A DNA stretch of 64,000 nt from Lytechinus pictus (Eukaryota). The notes under the pieces were generated by a model. The model was not told the origin of the DNA, did no database searches, and saw only the letters and a list, made by a program, of their open reading frames with translations. Made by a program: the position numbers and the translations under genes. Below are positions 1 through 14,077 of this stretch, piece after piece (positions within the stretch are counted from its first letter, which is position 1; the number at the start of each line of letters is the position of its first letter). The stretch is taken from positions 186,001 to 250,000 of the forward strand of contig NW_026974140.1 of NCBI RefSeq assembly GCF_037042905.1, given 5' to 3'.

Positions 1-941
1 CACCGTTCGAATCATGCATATTCATTACGACTCATGTATATTGATGAAATACGTCATGGCGCATGCGCAGTATCAAGAAATCCCCGTATCAACAAAGTGC
101 AGTACTCTGTGTGTGTAGCTGAGTAGAAAGCAAACATCGAACGGTGCGTGCAAGCTCAATGAGCCGATGCTAGGCGGCTAGCGACATGCTTGCGCTCTGC
201 ATTAGTTTCAGATATAATCCACTATTTGCGATAGCACACACAGGATAAGAATACTATATTGAGCTATATCCATAAATGTATCGTACGCGTGAAAAAGGAT
301 TCAGACACGTTGATTATCTGACGTGAATGACGAAGCAAAGGATTGCCCAATACGGCTTACTTTCGGACTCTTATGTCATGAATCTGAAAGTACTCCAAGA
401 CTAAAAGAGATACGAGAATCCCAGAGATGGGCAAGGGCCGAGTTCCGAGTTTGATCTTTATTCATGTGGATTGTAGCTCTTTTATGCACCTTTCCCTTCA
501 TGTATAGCTTGGCGTGATACATATACGGGAACTACAGCGAGGCGCTATAGCGCAGCTCACTGTATGTATACTCTGTATACTGACTCCTTGGCCCTCCCCA
601 AAGGAAAGGGGGAGGGAGGAGAGAGAAGAAAGAAAGAAGTGGATTGGTGAAAGAGAATCAGGAGAGCCATCATAAAGGGATATGGATACAACATACCCTA
701 ATTTGATATTTTAGTGTTTTTTTATCTTTCCTGAATGTTTCAGTCAGTTTCAGATTATTTAGATCCACTCGCAAAGTACAGAGGAGAAATTGGAAAAAAA
801 AGTTAGACCAAAAATATTTAAAACTCTAAACAGACGGCCACCACCATTCTGTCTACAGCCAAGCATGAAGGGAAAGGGCGAAGAGAAAAACGATTACTTT
901 CAGAGCAGGTTCTACGATATAAAACAGGGTTTGTTTAATAC

Positions 942-1135
942 GGGGTTAAATATAGGCCTATAGTAAAACATAACGAAGATGCAATCATATATGCCTATAG
1001 TAAAACATAACGAATATGCAACCCCAATGCGGGGTTAAATATAGGCCTATAGTAAAACATAACGAAGATGCAACCCCAATGCGGGGTTAAATATAGGCCT
1101 GTAGTAAAACATAACGAAGATACAATCCCAATGCA
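942..1135. repeat. ~52-bp tandem repeat (about 3.5 copies)
   Basis: Repeated unit GGGGTTAAATATAGGCCTATAGTAAAACATAACGAAGATGCAACCCCAATGC. Confidence 0.85.
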
Positions 1136-3199
1136 ACACTTGACTACTCTTCGTTTGTTTAGATTGAACTCGCGAGGTCAAAAGGTGAGCTGAGAAACCT
1201 GTTGATGCGAAGTACGTACGTGTAGTCTACATTGTGTAGACCGTGATAGCATGAATGTGACCAACGTACGCATCAAGTTGCTAATTTCTGTTATTTCTGT
1301 GCCGAGGTTTTTGCCTGACTGCTAAGAAAGCACGAATGCCTGTGAGCAAGCAACCAGGGGACCAACGGCTCAAGGTCGAACAAGCAGAGTAAAGGCGTCA
1401 TGAGTCAAAAAATGAGGGGGGGCAGACATGACGTCAGGGACAAGATTTCTGGGAAAACTCTTATTTTTGCATCCACACAAGAAAGCTTGCATCGAGATAT
1501 GGAAAAATGAGAAGTTGAGTATTGCGCGGTGCACGTGCTTCAGAGTTGTGATTTCCAGGGCCGACCAGCATGTAGAGTCTTACAACAGAACTTTACAAGG
1601 CACGCCGTGGGGCAAAGTGCAACAACGTATGTGAAAGAAGACTAAGCAAACCTGGAGAAGCAGCAAGGTGTAATATGTACAAGGGAATTGTGCATGTACA
1701 TTACGTCTGCTTTGAAATGTGTACATGGGTCGCCGAGTTTTTATGTAGTATGGGGAGGGGGTGGGGGTAGCCTATAATGATATAGTAGGGCGCTTTATAC
1801 TTTATACAATCATGGACCTATTAGGTCCATGCTATAATCAAACCATCAGCACGACCGGTGGATGGATGACTGAAAGAATGGATGGATAGGCATATATAAA
1901 TGGATCATCCAATTGATGTATTTTCCCAAGAAATGGATGGTCAAAGAGAAATGGATACAAATGATGCAGCAATAGATAGGGGCACCCCATGGGAGATCAA
2001 CTTGCTACCCCTTCATAGACAGTAAACAAGTAGAAAGAATTGATAAAAAGATGAAATTTTATAACAAATGAGAGGAAGAAAGGCCTCCGGGAAAGGCCTA
2101 TACGCATACAGAGTGTGCACGAGCAGTTCAACCGTTGAAAAAATGTGAATGACTGCGACATGAGCAGGACAAAGACATTACTTGCATCCGGGACTTGCAT
2201 CTTGATTGGCATAACATTTTAGACTTATTTATCAATGGAATTGTAACTCCCATTTCCCTGCTATAACTATAGGAAAAACGAATGATAACTGTTGTTTTAT
2301 AGACGTGGAAATTTATGCTTCATATTAGGACCAAAGAGATTCTGGCGTACGTGTCAATATTTCAAAACTCATGCGGGAAAATAATATAATCATTTTTTAT
2401 GATTGAAAAAAAAGTGCCAAGTTCACACTGTCACGATTTTTTTTTTGGTGGCGGTGCTGAGGAAAATTTGACAAAGCAAAAGAAAAACATTAAAAAAGGT
2501 TCCAATACAAAATGTTGGTAATTTTCCTACATTTATCCAATTCGACACCTATACCAGAATTCCAGGGGGAGCTGCCTACATGGAAAATAATGCACGCCGC
2601 ACCCCATTGTAAAATCTTGGGCCACCCCGGTTCCAAGGGCCTTAATTATAATCGCGGAATAATTAATCGTATCAGATCAGTCGAGGCGATCGTATTGATC
2701 GTATAAATAGTTGGAATGGTTCAACTATGTGGTGATGTGGCTTTTTTTGCAGGATTTTTTTGCATTTATTGGAATAATATACAAAACAAATTTACAATGC
2801 TTGAGACATGATCATAATACAAGTGACAATCGTATATGTAGTGACTGGAGAAATACAATATATAAAAAAATATATATATAATGAGTAAAATGCATAGGCA
2901 AACTATATACAGTAAGCAAATATGTGCTTGAAGCATATAGCAGCCAAAATAAAAATGAAATTTCGAAACGAGACAAAAATAAAATTTTTATTTTGGGACA
3001 AGCCCCATCTGGCGAGGTTTAATGGGTATACGCTTTTTCTGATCATGGACCCTGATGTACTTAATTTATGATGATGTAATTAATGCACATGTGCTGCCGA
3101 TGAAAATATAATATTTTGCCTTTATGGGTTTTTTACAACTCCAGGGGGATCAATGAGAATACAGTAATAGTTCTGAATACGCACTGAGAGAAGTGAAGG

Positions 3200-3736
3200 C
3201 CGGGGGAGGGGGCACTTCCATTGACGAGTGGATACCATGCGCGACCATGGGGTCTCGAAAAGCACCCAAACACGTATTTTCCATATTCTCAAACTGCACC
3301 CCTTAACAAGTATTGGCGTCTCAAACCGACCCTTAACAAGTATTGGAAACAAAACGATACTCTTGGCAAGTATTCCCGAAATGAACCCCTAAACAAGTAC
3401 AGCGATATTTTATTGTTATGTCGGGTCCGTCGGTCGTTGGTTTTACCTTTACACATCATTATTTTGGTTTAGTACGGCCCCATGCACCTTCCACAACTCG
3501 CGCAAGTCGGACTCTAAACACGTAGTGTTGGGGCAAAAAGGACATCCTTTATAAAACATTTTAATTTTGTTTCATCATCCCCGAAAATATTACCCTAAAC
3601 ACGTAGCTTTCCTAGCAACATAGATACCCTTTTTTAAATATTTTTGTGTTTTTGACAAAAAGACATCCTTTTTACGTGTTTTTGGGGTCGCGCATGGTAT
3701 CCACTCGTCAATGTAAGTGCCCCCCCCCCCCCCCGG
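3200..3736. mobile_element. Non-autonomous DNA transposon (MITE) with ~45-bp TIRs and 8-bp TSD
   Basis: Left end CCGGGGGAGGGGGCACTTCCATTGACGAGTGGATACCATGCGCGACC is the reverse complement of the right end GGTCGCGCATGGTATCCACTCGTCAATGTAAGTGCCCC..CCGG. AGTGAAGG flanks both ends (3192-3199, 3737-3744). Confidence 0.9.
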
Positions 3737-5215
3737 AGTGAAGGCAAAGCGGTCATGGAGCATGCAAGCAAACGAGTAATTATAATTCCTTGAATAGTCA
3801 TACCATAATAAAGTTGGAGAGGATAATATTGAAATAAATAGAAAAATAACATTAAAAAATGCGAACATAAGGAATACACACAACCCCCAACCCAAGGCTA
3901 GGAATTGTGTAAACATCGAAAAATACAGAAAGATGTTAGGAACCTTGCTTGAACTATTGGCGTAAATAATAAACGTAAAATATATGAATTAAGGGGCCAG
4001 ATATATGTGTCGGGCACAAATCATTTTTTATCGGTGATAGATTTTGACATAATATTCAGATATTAGTTCCCCTTCTCGCTTTCTTTTTGTATTGGCCGTG
4101 ACAAATTTGGGAATCCATATAGCCCCAATCCTTCCCCATTATTTTGAACGCCACTGATTTCAACTGGATATCGTCAAAAAATATTGATTGATTGATTTTA
4201 TTTCGCAAGTCACCATAATATATATACAGTAGCATTAAAAACAACAGGCTTACACAGGATGACCCACGAAAGCTCTAAAGCTATTTTCCAGTGGGGAAAT
4301 AGGCTTTACCTTGTAAATAAATATTACCTTGGAAATAAGCTTTACCTTGTAAATAAATATTTACAAGGTAGTCAAACTGACAGCAGATGCAGCGTGTAAA
4401 CACAGTATGAATTTCATTACATGATAATAATAAAATGATAATTACGTAATGTCATGGGTGGTGAAACAAGGATGGGACGTTTTGTAATTCGCTACGCAGG
4501 CTTTTGATAGTAAAGCTGATGAAATACAGGGTTGAAAGTAAAATAATGTGAAAGACTGAAATGAAACGATCTATTCAAAATATAAATTCCATGAAAGAGA
4601 AGCGATTCAAACAGAGTATGATATTGCGTTTACATTCCCTTTGATTCATATTATTTTGATTCCCTTTCAACAATCTACTTCTTTCTTTATTTCTTCTCTC
4701 TCCTCCATGCCCCCCTTCCCTTTCTTGGGGCGGCGGGGATGGGGGGGGGGGGTATCGGATATGAGAGAGCCTGCAGTTTAGGTGTTATGGCACACTCGGA
4801 CAAGTTCAATTTAGTGGCCTAGTAGGTCCATTGGTAAATTGCCAAGTCGTCGACTGCCAAGTGCCAACTTGCACTCACCACATGGTCTGATTTAATTTAG
4901 TCCATATCCATTCCGTCCATCAATATTTCGTCGAACAACTATTTGGTCCAGTATCCAATTCATTTTCATTCATTTTGCACAATAGCACGTTGTCCAATTA
5001 GACCAAATGGTATATGGACTGAATGGCTATTGGACCAACTGGTTACTAGACGATAGTGGATGAACATAATTATGGTAGACTTTAATGATAGTAGGCGAGT
5101 TGGCAATTTGACGATTTGGCATCAGACGAAATGGAAGTAAACTGATCCATGGACTTATATAGTATCACACCGGTATAGATAAAGAGGTACAAAAGTGGAA
5201 ACGATGCCCGACGGA

Positions 5216-7258
5216 CATGCGCATATCCAGGATTTTGCACCACGAGGGGGACACTATTTTTGCGCCCCTGTGAACTTTTCGGAAAATTGCACCCCGACCC
5301 GACCACTCAGGCAATCAAAGTGCCTAAATGCATTTTGAATTGTCTTATTCCACAACCACGTGAAAAAGGCAATCGAAGACCATTTTTTTTAATGTGTCCA
5401 TAGTGTGTCCATGTAAAAAAAGATCAAAGTTGTATCCACTTCTTGAAAAGAATAAATGCGACCAGAAAGCATAGAATTTTTAAGCGTTTTGGGGTTTCAA
5501 TTTAGTTCAACTTTTCATCAGAGTGGTAGACCATACTAAAATTATGTGCGGGAGCTGTAATTTCTTAACCGGGGCTAGATCCAGCTTTCGCCAATAGGGG
5601 AGGGGGATATTTTCATCTGTTTTCCGATCAAACATTCTACGCTTTTTGCAACCGTGAACATGATATGTATATGAATTATTTAAACAATTATTATTGATAC
5701 GAGCGCGAAACGTGGGCTGAATTTTTTTTATATTCTGACCTAAAATTTGAGGGGAAAAAAATCTATGAGCACTTTTGGCAATCAAGAACAGGATGAGTAT
5801 CTATCAACATTTTATGCGATCACGAAGTGCGAACTGACAATTTTTGAATTCCCAATCCAACACTGGACATCATAAGCACTTTTTATAACCATGAACAGGA
5901 TGGGTATATAGCTAAATAATTAATGCGAGCGCTAAGCGCGAGTTCAAATTTTTTGATATTCTGACCTCGTAAATTTGTGCGAGTGCGAAGCGCGAGCTTA
6001 AAAAGTGATTGATATTTTGACCTAAAATGTGGACATTCTAAGCACTTTTGGTAATCATGGACAGGATTGTCATCTAACTAAACATTGATGCGTCCGCAAA
6101 GAGCGAGATGAAATTTTTTTCATATTCTTACCTAAAATTTGGACATTTGAGTAAGCATTTTCGGTTATCATGAAAAGGATGATCAGTAACAAAACATTTT
6201 ATGCGATCACGAAGTGCGAACTGACAATTTTTGAATTCCCAATCCAACACTGGACATCATAAGCACTTTTTATAACCATGAACAGGATGGGTATAAATTT
6301 TTTGATATTCTGACCTCGTAAATTTGTGCGAGTGCGAAGCGCGAGCTTAAAAAGTGATTGATATTTTGACCTAAAATGTGGACATTCTAAGCACTTTTGG
6401 TAATCATGAACAGGATTGTCATCTAACTAAACATTGATGCGTCCGCAAAGAGCGAGATGAAATTTTTTTCATATTCTTACCTAAAATTTGGACATTTGAG
6501 TAAGCATTTTCGGTTATCATGAAAAGGATGATCAGTAACAAAACAGTTTATGCGAGCGCGAAGCGCGAGCTGAATAAAAATCTATATATTTTGATACAAA
6601 GTCAGACATTCTAAGCACTTATCTTACCATGAACAGGATCGCCACCTTACTAAACAATTAATGCGAAGAGTAGGATGAATTTGTTTTTATATTCTGATCT
6701 AAAATTAGGACTTTCTAGGCACTTTTGGTAATCATGAACATGATTGGTAATTGATGGGAGCAAACATGAGTTTGGCACCCCCTCCCCTCCCTAGGTAAAT
6801 TGAACCTGAATTTGATGCACCGAGACAAATATCAAATTGGCGTGTGGTGAATATCCATTCGGCACCCCCTAGGTTGAACATCAATTCGGCGCCCCTATAT
6901 GTCAAACAGCAACTCGACAACCGTATATAGAAAAAAATTATTCGGCGCCCCATCCCCAAGGTTAAACATCATTTCGGTGCCCTTCGGTGCCCCTAGTCGA
7001 ACATCTATACGGCGCCCCGAGGTAAAACATTAATTCGCCCCCCCCCCCCTAGGATGAAGATCAATTTGGCACATCCTAGGTCGAACATCAATTCGGCGCC
7101 CCTAAGCAAAACATAAATTCGGCACCCGCTATATACATACTCTAGGTTGAACATCAATTCGGCGCATCCACCCCCCCCCCATGTCAAACAGCAATTCGTC
7201 AACCCCTTTTCTTTCCTTCCCTTTTCTCCCTATTTTGGCGCCCCCGAATACGCACATG
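5216..7258. mobile_element. Probable non-autonomous DNA element with internal tandem subrepeats
   Basis: Imperfect TIR CATGCGCATATCC..GAATACGCACATG. Internal ~87-bp subrepeats contain GCGAGCGCGAAGCGCGAGC. There is a ~386-bp tandem duplication (5807 vs 6193) and ~30-bp GGCGCCCC repeats at 6760-7200. Confidence 0.5.
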
Positions 7259-7530
7259 GTAGAGCTACGGATATAGAGAAATAAGGACAAAGATGTAATG
7301 AAAATATAAAAACTCTTGAAATACTTTACGTTTTCTAGGCAAACAAGAATCCAAACTCCAAAGCGTATAATAACGTCCGGCTGAATAGACCTCCATTTGC
7401 ATCCTGTTTGATATGCTTTCCTGTAAGTTCCATTGTGGGCAAAATAAAGGGCAAAAGTAAGTCTGCTTTCTTTGAGAGGGTGTAAATGATGATATATTCA
7501 AATACCAGCGAGTGCCATAGGTGACGGAAT

Positions 7531-9130
7531 CATAGGCGACGGAACGTATTTTCAATTTTTTTTTTTTTTTTTTTTTTTTTTGGGGGGGGGGGGGGGACAA
7601 AGCGAAAAAAGGCACTGATATGCAAAAAATTGCATTTTTTATGCAAACTTATATTTTCACCATGAGATTATCATCTGTGTTAAGTAGTTGTGCGTTTTGT
7701 AGTAATTAAATTGAGCAAATCCTTTTTAAAGTCTTTTCTGATTGATAAAATATCTATTTAGGCTTTATTTTTCCGGGAGCGAGCGTAGCAAGCAAACAGT
7801 TTGAACATTTTCAAATCTGAAGTTGTGAAACTCGCCGCTTTTTGGTCAAATCGCGCAAATTATTGTTAAAAGAGCATTCTTGCGAGGTGTTAAAGGGGAA
7901 TCCAGCCTTGGCCATAAAATGTTGTGTTGGGAAGGGAAAAAATAAATTAAACAGAATGGTGAAAGTTTGAAAGAAATCGGACAAGCAATAAGAAAGTTAT
8001 AGCTGCTTTGAAATTTAGATCACTAATACTATGTAGATTTTAAATTGGCAACTGGGTAAGTAAATTATGACAAGGGGCAAGGACAACTTTCCCATAGGCC
8101 ATGTACTTTATTATCAGGGATTTGTGGTTTTATCCTAACTACCCATTCCCCCGGGGCAGTAATCTAAATATCACCCAGGTATTATATTTTTTTATGTCAT
8201 CATGAAAGAAAAATATAATTTGAAAAAAAAACTTTTGGAAAAAATGACATTTTAGCCATAATATGTATTGGAGTACATGGAAGAGTAGTCCTTGCTTTAC
8301 ATCACTATGACATCCCATATGCGGCCAATTTGAAGTCTCCATGGGTATAGTGATTACCAATATTTACAACTTTTAAAAATCCATAACTTTCTTGTTGTTT
8401 GTCCAATATTGTTCAAACTTTCACCTATCAACTTGTCTGATTTTTTTTTTCCTTATAAAAACAAGTTTTTATTTGGGTTGGATTCCCCTTTAAGAGCGCA
8501 AATCGCGAGCTATAAATTCTAGACATTGCTTGTACTAACATGACTAATAAGACATGAAAATCAAACATTCCGAGCAATTTTGTTATGAAAAAGATGTGCA
8601 TCTAATTGAAGAATGGACGCGAGCGCGATATTCCAACCAGAAAACTGGACATTCTAAGCACTTTTTTAACCCAAGAACTTAATTGGGTGTCTTAATAAAT
8701 AATAATTGATGCGAAGCGCGGCGAGCCGAAAATTTGTAATATTTCAACCTGAAAACTGGATATTCTAAGCAGTTTGAAACCAAGAACATATTGTGTACCT
8801 TTGATGCGAGCGGAAAGCGCGAGCTGAAGATTTGTGACATTTAAACCTGAAAATTGAACATTATAAGCACAAGTTGTAACCAAAACAAAGTGAGTGCCTT
8901 CCTAAAAAATAAATGATGTGGGCGCGAAGCGCGAGCCAAAAATTTTGTGATTTCCAACCTAAAATGTATCGTTTGACTTCAAAAAGGGTATTTTATTTTG
9001 AAAAGGGACATTCATGTACATCATTTTGAAATAAGTGCACTCTCCATTTAAAAAAGGCATTTTTTCCTACTGGGATTTTTTTATGTAGGGGGTTAAGTGC
9101 CCCTGCCGCCCCCCGGTTCCGCCGCCCCTG
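7531..9130. mobile_element. Non-autonomous DNA element hosting a nested Kolobok-like MITE
   Basis: Imperfect TIR CATAGGCGACGGAAC..GTTCCGCCGCCCCTG. It has the same GCGAAGC-type subrepeats as its neighbours. Confidence 0.55.
7894..8489. mobile_element. Kolobok-like non-autonomous element with TTAA TSD
   Basis: TTAA|AGGGGAATCCA..TGGATTCCCCT|TTAA (TSD 7890-7893 and 8490-8493). AG..CT termini with a TTAA TSD are characteristic of Kolobok. Confidence 0.8.
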
Positions 9131-9734
9131 CTGCTAATATAGCCTCGGGTTATAATTTTTATCTAAGTTCAAACTGGTATTAACAAAAATATGTTGGTAT
9201 GACTGCATTTTATAACGATGGTTTTCTTTAAAATATATATTTTTTACCATTTCGATCCATCACATTTTTGCATTTTTTTTGTCCGTCGATATGCCCAGCG
9301 CTGAGAGGTCATGCCAAAACGTGATTTTGCATGAAGTACATTCTCTGAACCATCATCGGAACTTCGGAATCACACAGAGATGGAAGACCCCTTCCCCCAA
9401 ATAGTTCCGCCTAGCTGTATGTCCTCGAATATATATATATATATATTTAATAAGACATCAGAAATGCGAAACACAAATTCACGAGTAATGCAGTTTTTGC
9501 AATAAAATTTGCAATTTTATTATATATATATCACCATGATAAGTACGTAATTTTATTATCCGAGCACATGCAGCGGACCGAGGAGGAGTGGGTGGAGGGA
9601 GAGGCACCTAGGAGACGTCATACTTGTTCTTGTTCAGTATACTACCATAACAAGTTGAAAAGAAAAATGCAAAGAGAAACTTGGAGGGGGATCGATGTTA
9701 CATGGTTATAACATACAGACCTACGCACCGGTAT

Positions 9735-10455
9735 CATAGGCGGATCCAGGAGGCCGACGTTACGCCCCCCCCCCCCCGGCGGCGCAAAGTAATATGAACG
9801 AAAGCAGAGGGGGGGGGGGGAATATAAGAGGAAGAATGAATAAAAAAAGGTGAGGGGAATTCAGACTTGGGGAGGGGTGGGAGCCAATCATGTCACTACA
9901 CAAGTATAAAAACAATTTAGCCCGCGCTTTGTGTTCGCATTGCCTGTTCGATGGAACATATATTCATCTATACCAATTCATTTATTGATTTATTCATTCA
10001 GTCATGGTTAAACAGGTTCACAAGTTCAGAGTTATTAGTATATAAAATCATAGTAACAAGTACAATGACAAGGTATAATTCATATCGAAATAGTATGAGA
10101 CATAAAGAAATATTAACTGATCAATGTAATACAAAACACGGAAACATTGTTGAAGGGCTTATAGTAAAACGAACAAGGGAACTAAATAGGCCTTTACTTA
10201 TTCAAATTTTTGAGCACCTTATCCGTCAGTGTGCATCTTAATTGTTTAATGATCATATTGCTCAGATCAATTTTCAGGACACAATACACAGTCCGAAAAT
10301 AATACCTCACGCTCGCATTTTTTATAGGGTTTAGTACTGTTACGACTATAGATTCCAACAAAAACTAGCTTTGAGCTGCCGATCGATCGGGAAAAATGTG
10401 GATGAAAATATTGTTCACCCCGGCCCCGTTATTAGTGAAAGCTGGATCCGCCCCA
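9735..10455. mobile_element. MITE of the CA(T/G)..GGCGGATCCAG family
   Basis: Ends are CATAGGCGGATCCAG and CTGGATCCGCCCC. Confidence 0.6.
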
Positions 10456-11629
10456 GAATATATTGTTTAAAAAAAAAGGCATAGGCCACGCGGTATTTGT
10501 CATTTTTTTGTGATAAATACATTGAGGCAGTATATTGACAAATAATCACTGGAAGAGAAAGAGCATCTTATAGGCCTATATACCGCACAAAGCAAAATAA
10601 TGAAGAATGGCGGCAAAGCTAGTTCAATACAAAATGATTTCCTTTTCCTTTAAAAAAAATGTTACAACACGTTATAATAATGAACAAATCAAAATACAGA
10701 ACCTGAAGAAATTGATAACGATTCAGTGAATCGGAATCGAAACAAAAATGCGTATGTAAATATAATTATAAAATAGAAATAAAAAACGGGAAAAAAAATA
10801 AGAATAGCCCTTTCACAAGCAACCATAATTCTCCCTCCCTTCATACCCTGGACAAGTAAAGAAAAAAAAATACAGCTAGAGAAACGAAGCAAAGATGAAA
10901 AGCAAGGAAAGGGAAGGAAGCCGTCTCTCGGTACCTGGTACTCTGCCCAGATATCAAGATGTACGTAGGACCTATTCTCCGCGATTTGAAAAACAACGTG
11001 CATAACATCACAATTATTATGATGGTCATTTAAAAAAGTTCCTTGGTTGTTTCCAAGTTATTTAATTTGCCGTCGAGGGACTGCGCGAATGCACACGCTC
11101 CTACAGGATATGAATGAAAAAGTCGCAAACAGACTCCGCCGTTCAATCCGATACTGTACTGTATAGCCGGTATACAGATCGGCACGTGAGACAAGCGCAG
11201 AGGCGATGGATATGAATATTCATGAGCAGGTATTGATGTCATTTGGTCTCAAGGTGGCGCTCTTCATTTTTTATATCAATTTCAAAATCTGCATCAAAAG
11301 AAAGCTCACTTGGCAAAATTTCTCTTCTTTATATATTTTTTTGAGAATAAAAACAGTTCTTTTGGCCAATGCAATACATTTTATGGACTCAGAACTTGTT
11401 TATGAGTATTTTGAAAAGCGAAGAGTGAAATCTAAAAGAAAGTTTTGAAATAAACCAATGTCACAATTTACCTTTAAGATTTGCCTAAAAAGTATATGTT
11501 TAACTTGTAATGAACTCAGTGCCCAACACTCTTTACTTACGTTCTAATTTTTTTCCTTAATTTCATCCAAGTGCATAGGGACATGCATTGCTATGTGTTA
11601 TGCGCTATTAAAGGACTAATTATTATTAT

Positions 11630-12050
11630 TAAGAAAGAAGACAGGAAAAGGGCCAAAGAAAAAGAGAGAGGAATGTGGGAAGAAAGAGAGAGAGGGGGGG
11701 AAGAGGGGAAAAAAGAGAAGAAGAAAATAGAGAGTAAAGGGGAAACGAAGAGAAAAAAAACGAGAAAAGAGAGAGGAAAAGAGGGAAAGAAATAAAGAAA
11801 ATAGAGAGAAAAAAAGGGGAAAAGAAAATATGGGAAAAAAGAGAAGAAAAAGGGGAAAGGAAGACAAAAAAGAAAGAAGAGGAAGAAAAGGGGAAAATGA
11901 AGAGAACAAAAGAGAGAGAGACAGGAGGAAGGAAAGAAGAGAAGAAGAAAAGAAAGAGGAAGAGGGGGGAAAGAAAGAGAGAAGGAAAAGAGAAAGGGAG
12001 GGGAATAAGGAAATGATAAATAAAAGGAGATGGGAAAAGAAAGAGAGAGA
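11630..12050. repeat. GA-rich low-complexity (polypurine) tract
   Basis: Almost exclusively G/A on the + strand. The overlapping K/E/R-rich and F/S/L-rich ORFs are compositional artefacts. Confidence 0.9.
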
Positions 12051-12216
12051 TGTCAAACTAGGCGGCGCCAAAATTACGTTCGAACTATGGGGCGCCGAAT
12101 TGATATTTGAACAAGGGGGGGGGGGGGGCGAATTAATTTGTGATGATGTTTGAACTTGGAGGGGGCGCCAAATTGATGTTCGAACTAGGGGAGCGCCGAA
12201 TCGATGTTCAATATAC

Positions 12217-13411
12217 ATAGGCCGATCCAGGGGGCAAAGTTTTTGCCCCCAAAAAACAAATTTGTCCCTTTTTCAGAAAAAAAACGCGAAAAGTTTTAGG
12301 AAGAAGAATAGAAGATAGTCATCATTTTTATATGATGACAAAATGTCCTTAGGCCTCGCGACTCGCGCTCGCATCATTTATTTAGTGCTATCCACGTCCA
12401 TTTCACAATTTCCTTATATACACCGTGCTGTAAAGGTGCTAAAATTCACCCATTTCATATCTGAATTCCAAGTATTATTTTTAGCTCGCGCTCCGCGCTC
12501 GCATTATTGATTTTCATGATAAAAAAATTGAATGTATTCAGAATTCCCAGCACGCATGTTTATTGAGATGCACAGCTTGATCTCATTCAAAATGTGCTAA
12601 AATTATCCAGTTTCAGATCAGAATATCAAAAATGTTCTGCTCGCGCTTTGCGCTCGCAGTATTAATGGCAATGTAGGAAGATACCAAAACTTACCAATCC
12701 TTTTTCATGATTGACAAAACATGAATCAAGTGTCCCGTTGGGGGTTTGAAATATCATCTTTTTAGGTTGGAATATAAAAAATGTTCAGCTCGCGTTTCGC
12801 GCTCGCATTATTTAATCGTTGAAATATGTATCATCTTATTGGCTAACTGCAAAACATCCTTAACAGGTCCCTTTTCGACCAGGCGAGAACGCATATTAAA
12901 CATTTCTGCTCGCGCGTCGCGCTCGTGATAATTATAAATACCATTCATTTATCTTTTGTCTTGTCTTATATTGTTTTAATGATCTGGCAACAATACTTTG
13001 ATTATCACTTTCGCTTGTATTTATTTATGTTTTAATAAAATGTTTTAATTTTTATTGTCTCTTTGTTTGTACATGATCATGATATCAACTTGTATTTTAA
13101 TGAATGCTGAATTGAATTAAATAGTTACATACGCATTTTGTTTAGGCTCACAAACATTGCCCAGAATGTTCAATTTTTGGGACGAAATACATACAATTTC
13201 AATTATTTTAGCTCGCATAGGGCTTATGAGATTATTACACATTTAGGTTGTTTATTAAGTAAAGCTAGGAAATGACAGTTAGGACATGGGCGTTTTGCCC
13301 CCCCCCCCAAAAAAAAAAGAATCTACTTTCAGCGGCCGATCGGGGAAAATATGGGTGAAAAAAATTGCCCCCCCCCTCCCTATTCATTGGCGGAAGCTGG
13401 GTCCGCCCCTG
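12217..13411. mobile_element. MITE of the same GGCGGATCCAG family
   Basis: Ends are CATAGGCCGATCCAG and CTGGGTCCGCCCCTG. Internal GCTCGCGC(T)TCGCGCTCGC repeats. The right end resembles 10380-10455. Confidence 0.6.
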
Positions 13412-14077
13412 ACTCAGCCTTTCAGGATAAAAGACATGAAAAAGGAAAATATCATATCGCGATTCGCGTTCTCATTATTTATTTAGGCCTTGTGAGATAC
13501 CTCAATGTGTTTTTAAGAATAAAATTTAATATTTTCTTTAACATCTACCCCCCCCCATTTCATTTTTTTTGTATCTCGGTGCCCTCTACAAAAGTTTAAC
13601 AAGCCCTCCTCCCCTCCCCCCCCCCCCCCCCCGTGCACCCCATGCTGAATAAATAACGGCTACGCCACTGATGAGGAGATTGAGTCGATCCCTTCGAAAT
13701 TGCATTTTTCCCAAGAGGTTATTATGAATGTTGTTGAAGGCTATTTTAAAACAACTAGTAAATAAACTACAGCTCTCGTTCACACAATAATCTAGTAGGG
13801 ACTACTTTAGTGAGAAGTTAAACCAAATTGAAACCCCCCAAAATCGCACGCGCTTCGCGCTCCCATTGATGTTGCATTAAATTTTATATTCTTGGATTTT
13901 TTTTGTCATGAACACATTAAAAAAGTGATCTTTAATTGCCTTAAAAATGTGATTATAAGATATTTAAAATGCATTCAAGGCACTTAAGTTAGCCCGGCCG
14001 GGAGGGAGGGTGCAATTTTTCAAAAAGTACACCTGGGCGCCAAAAATCAGGTCAAATTTGATCCTGGATCCGCGCCT

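Noticed and set aside
2160..2222. Short hydrophobic ORF MSRTKTLLASGTCILIGITF vaguely like the 37124 gene N-terminus
   Set aside because: It stops after 20 codons and the similarity is too weak to support paralogy.
7339..7422. Possible 84-nt exon (TTTTCTAG|..|GTAAGT)
   Set aside because: Plausible splice signals exist on both strands, the peptide is unrecognisable, and there are no linked exons.
10935..11029. Possible minus-strand first exon
   Set aside because: The donor (GTACCG) is weak, there are two competing short frames, and there is no supporting downstream exon.
11571..12218. ORFs of 74-200 aa rich in K/E/R or F/S/L
   Set aside because: They are artefacts of the GA-rich tract.
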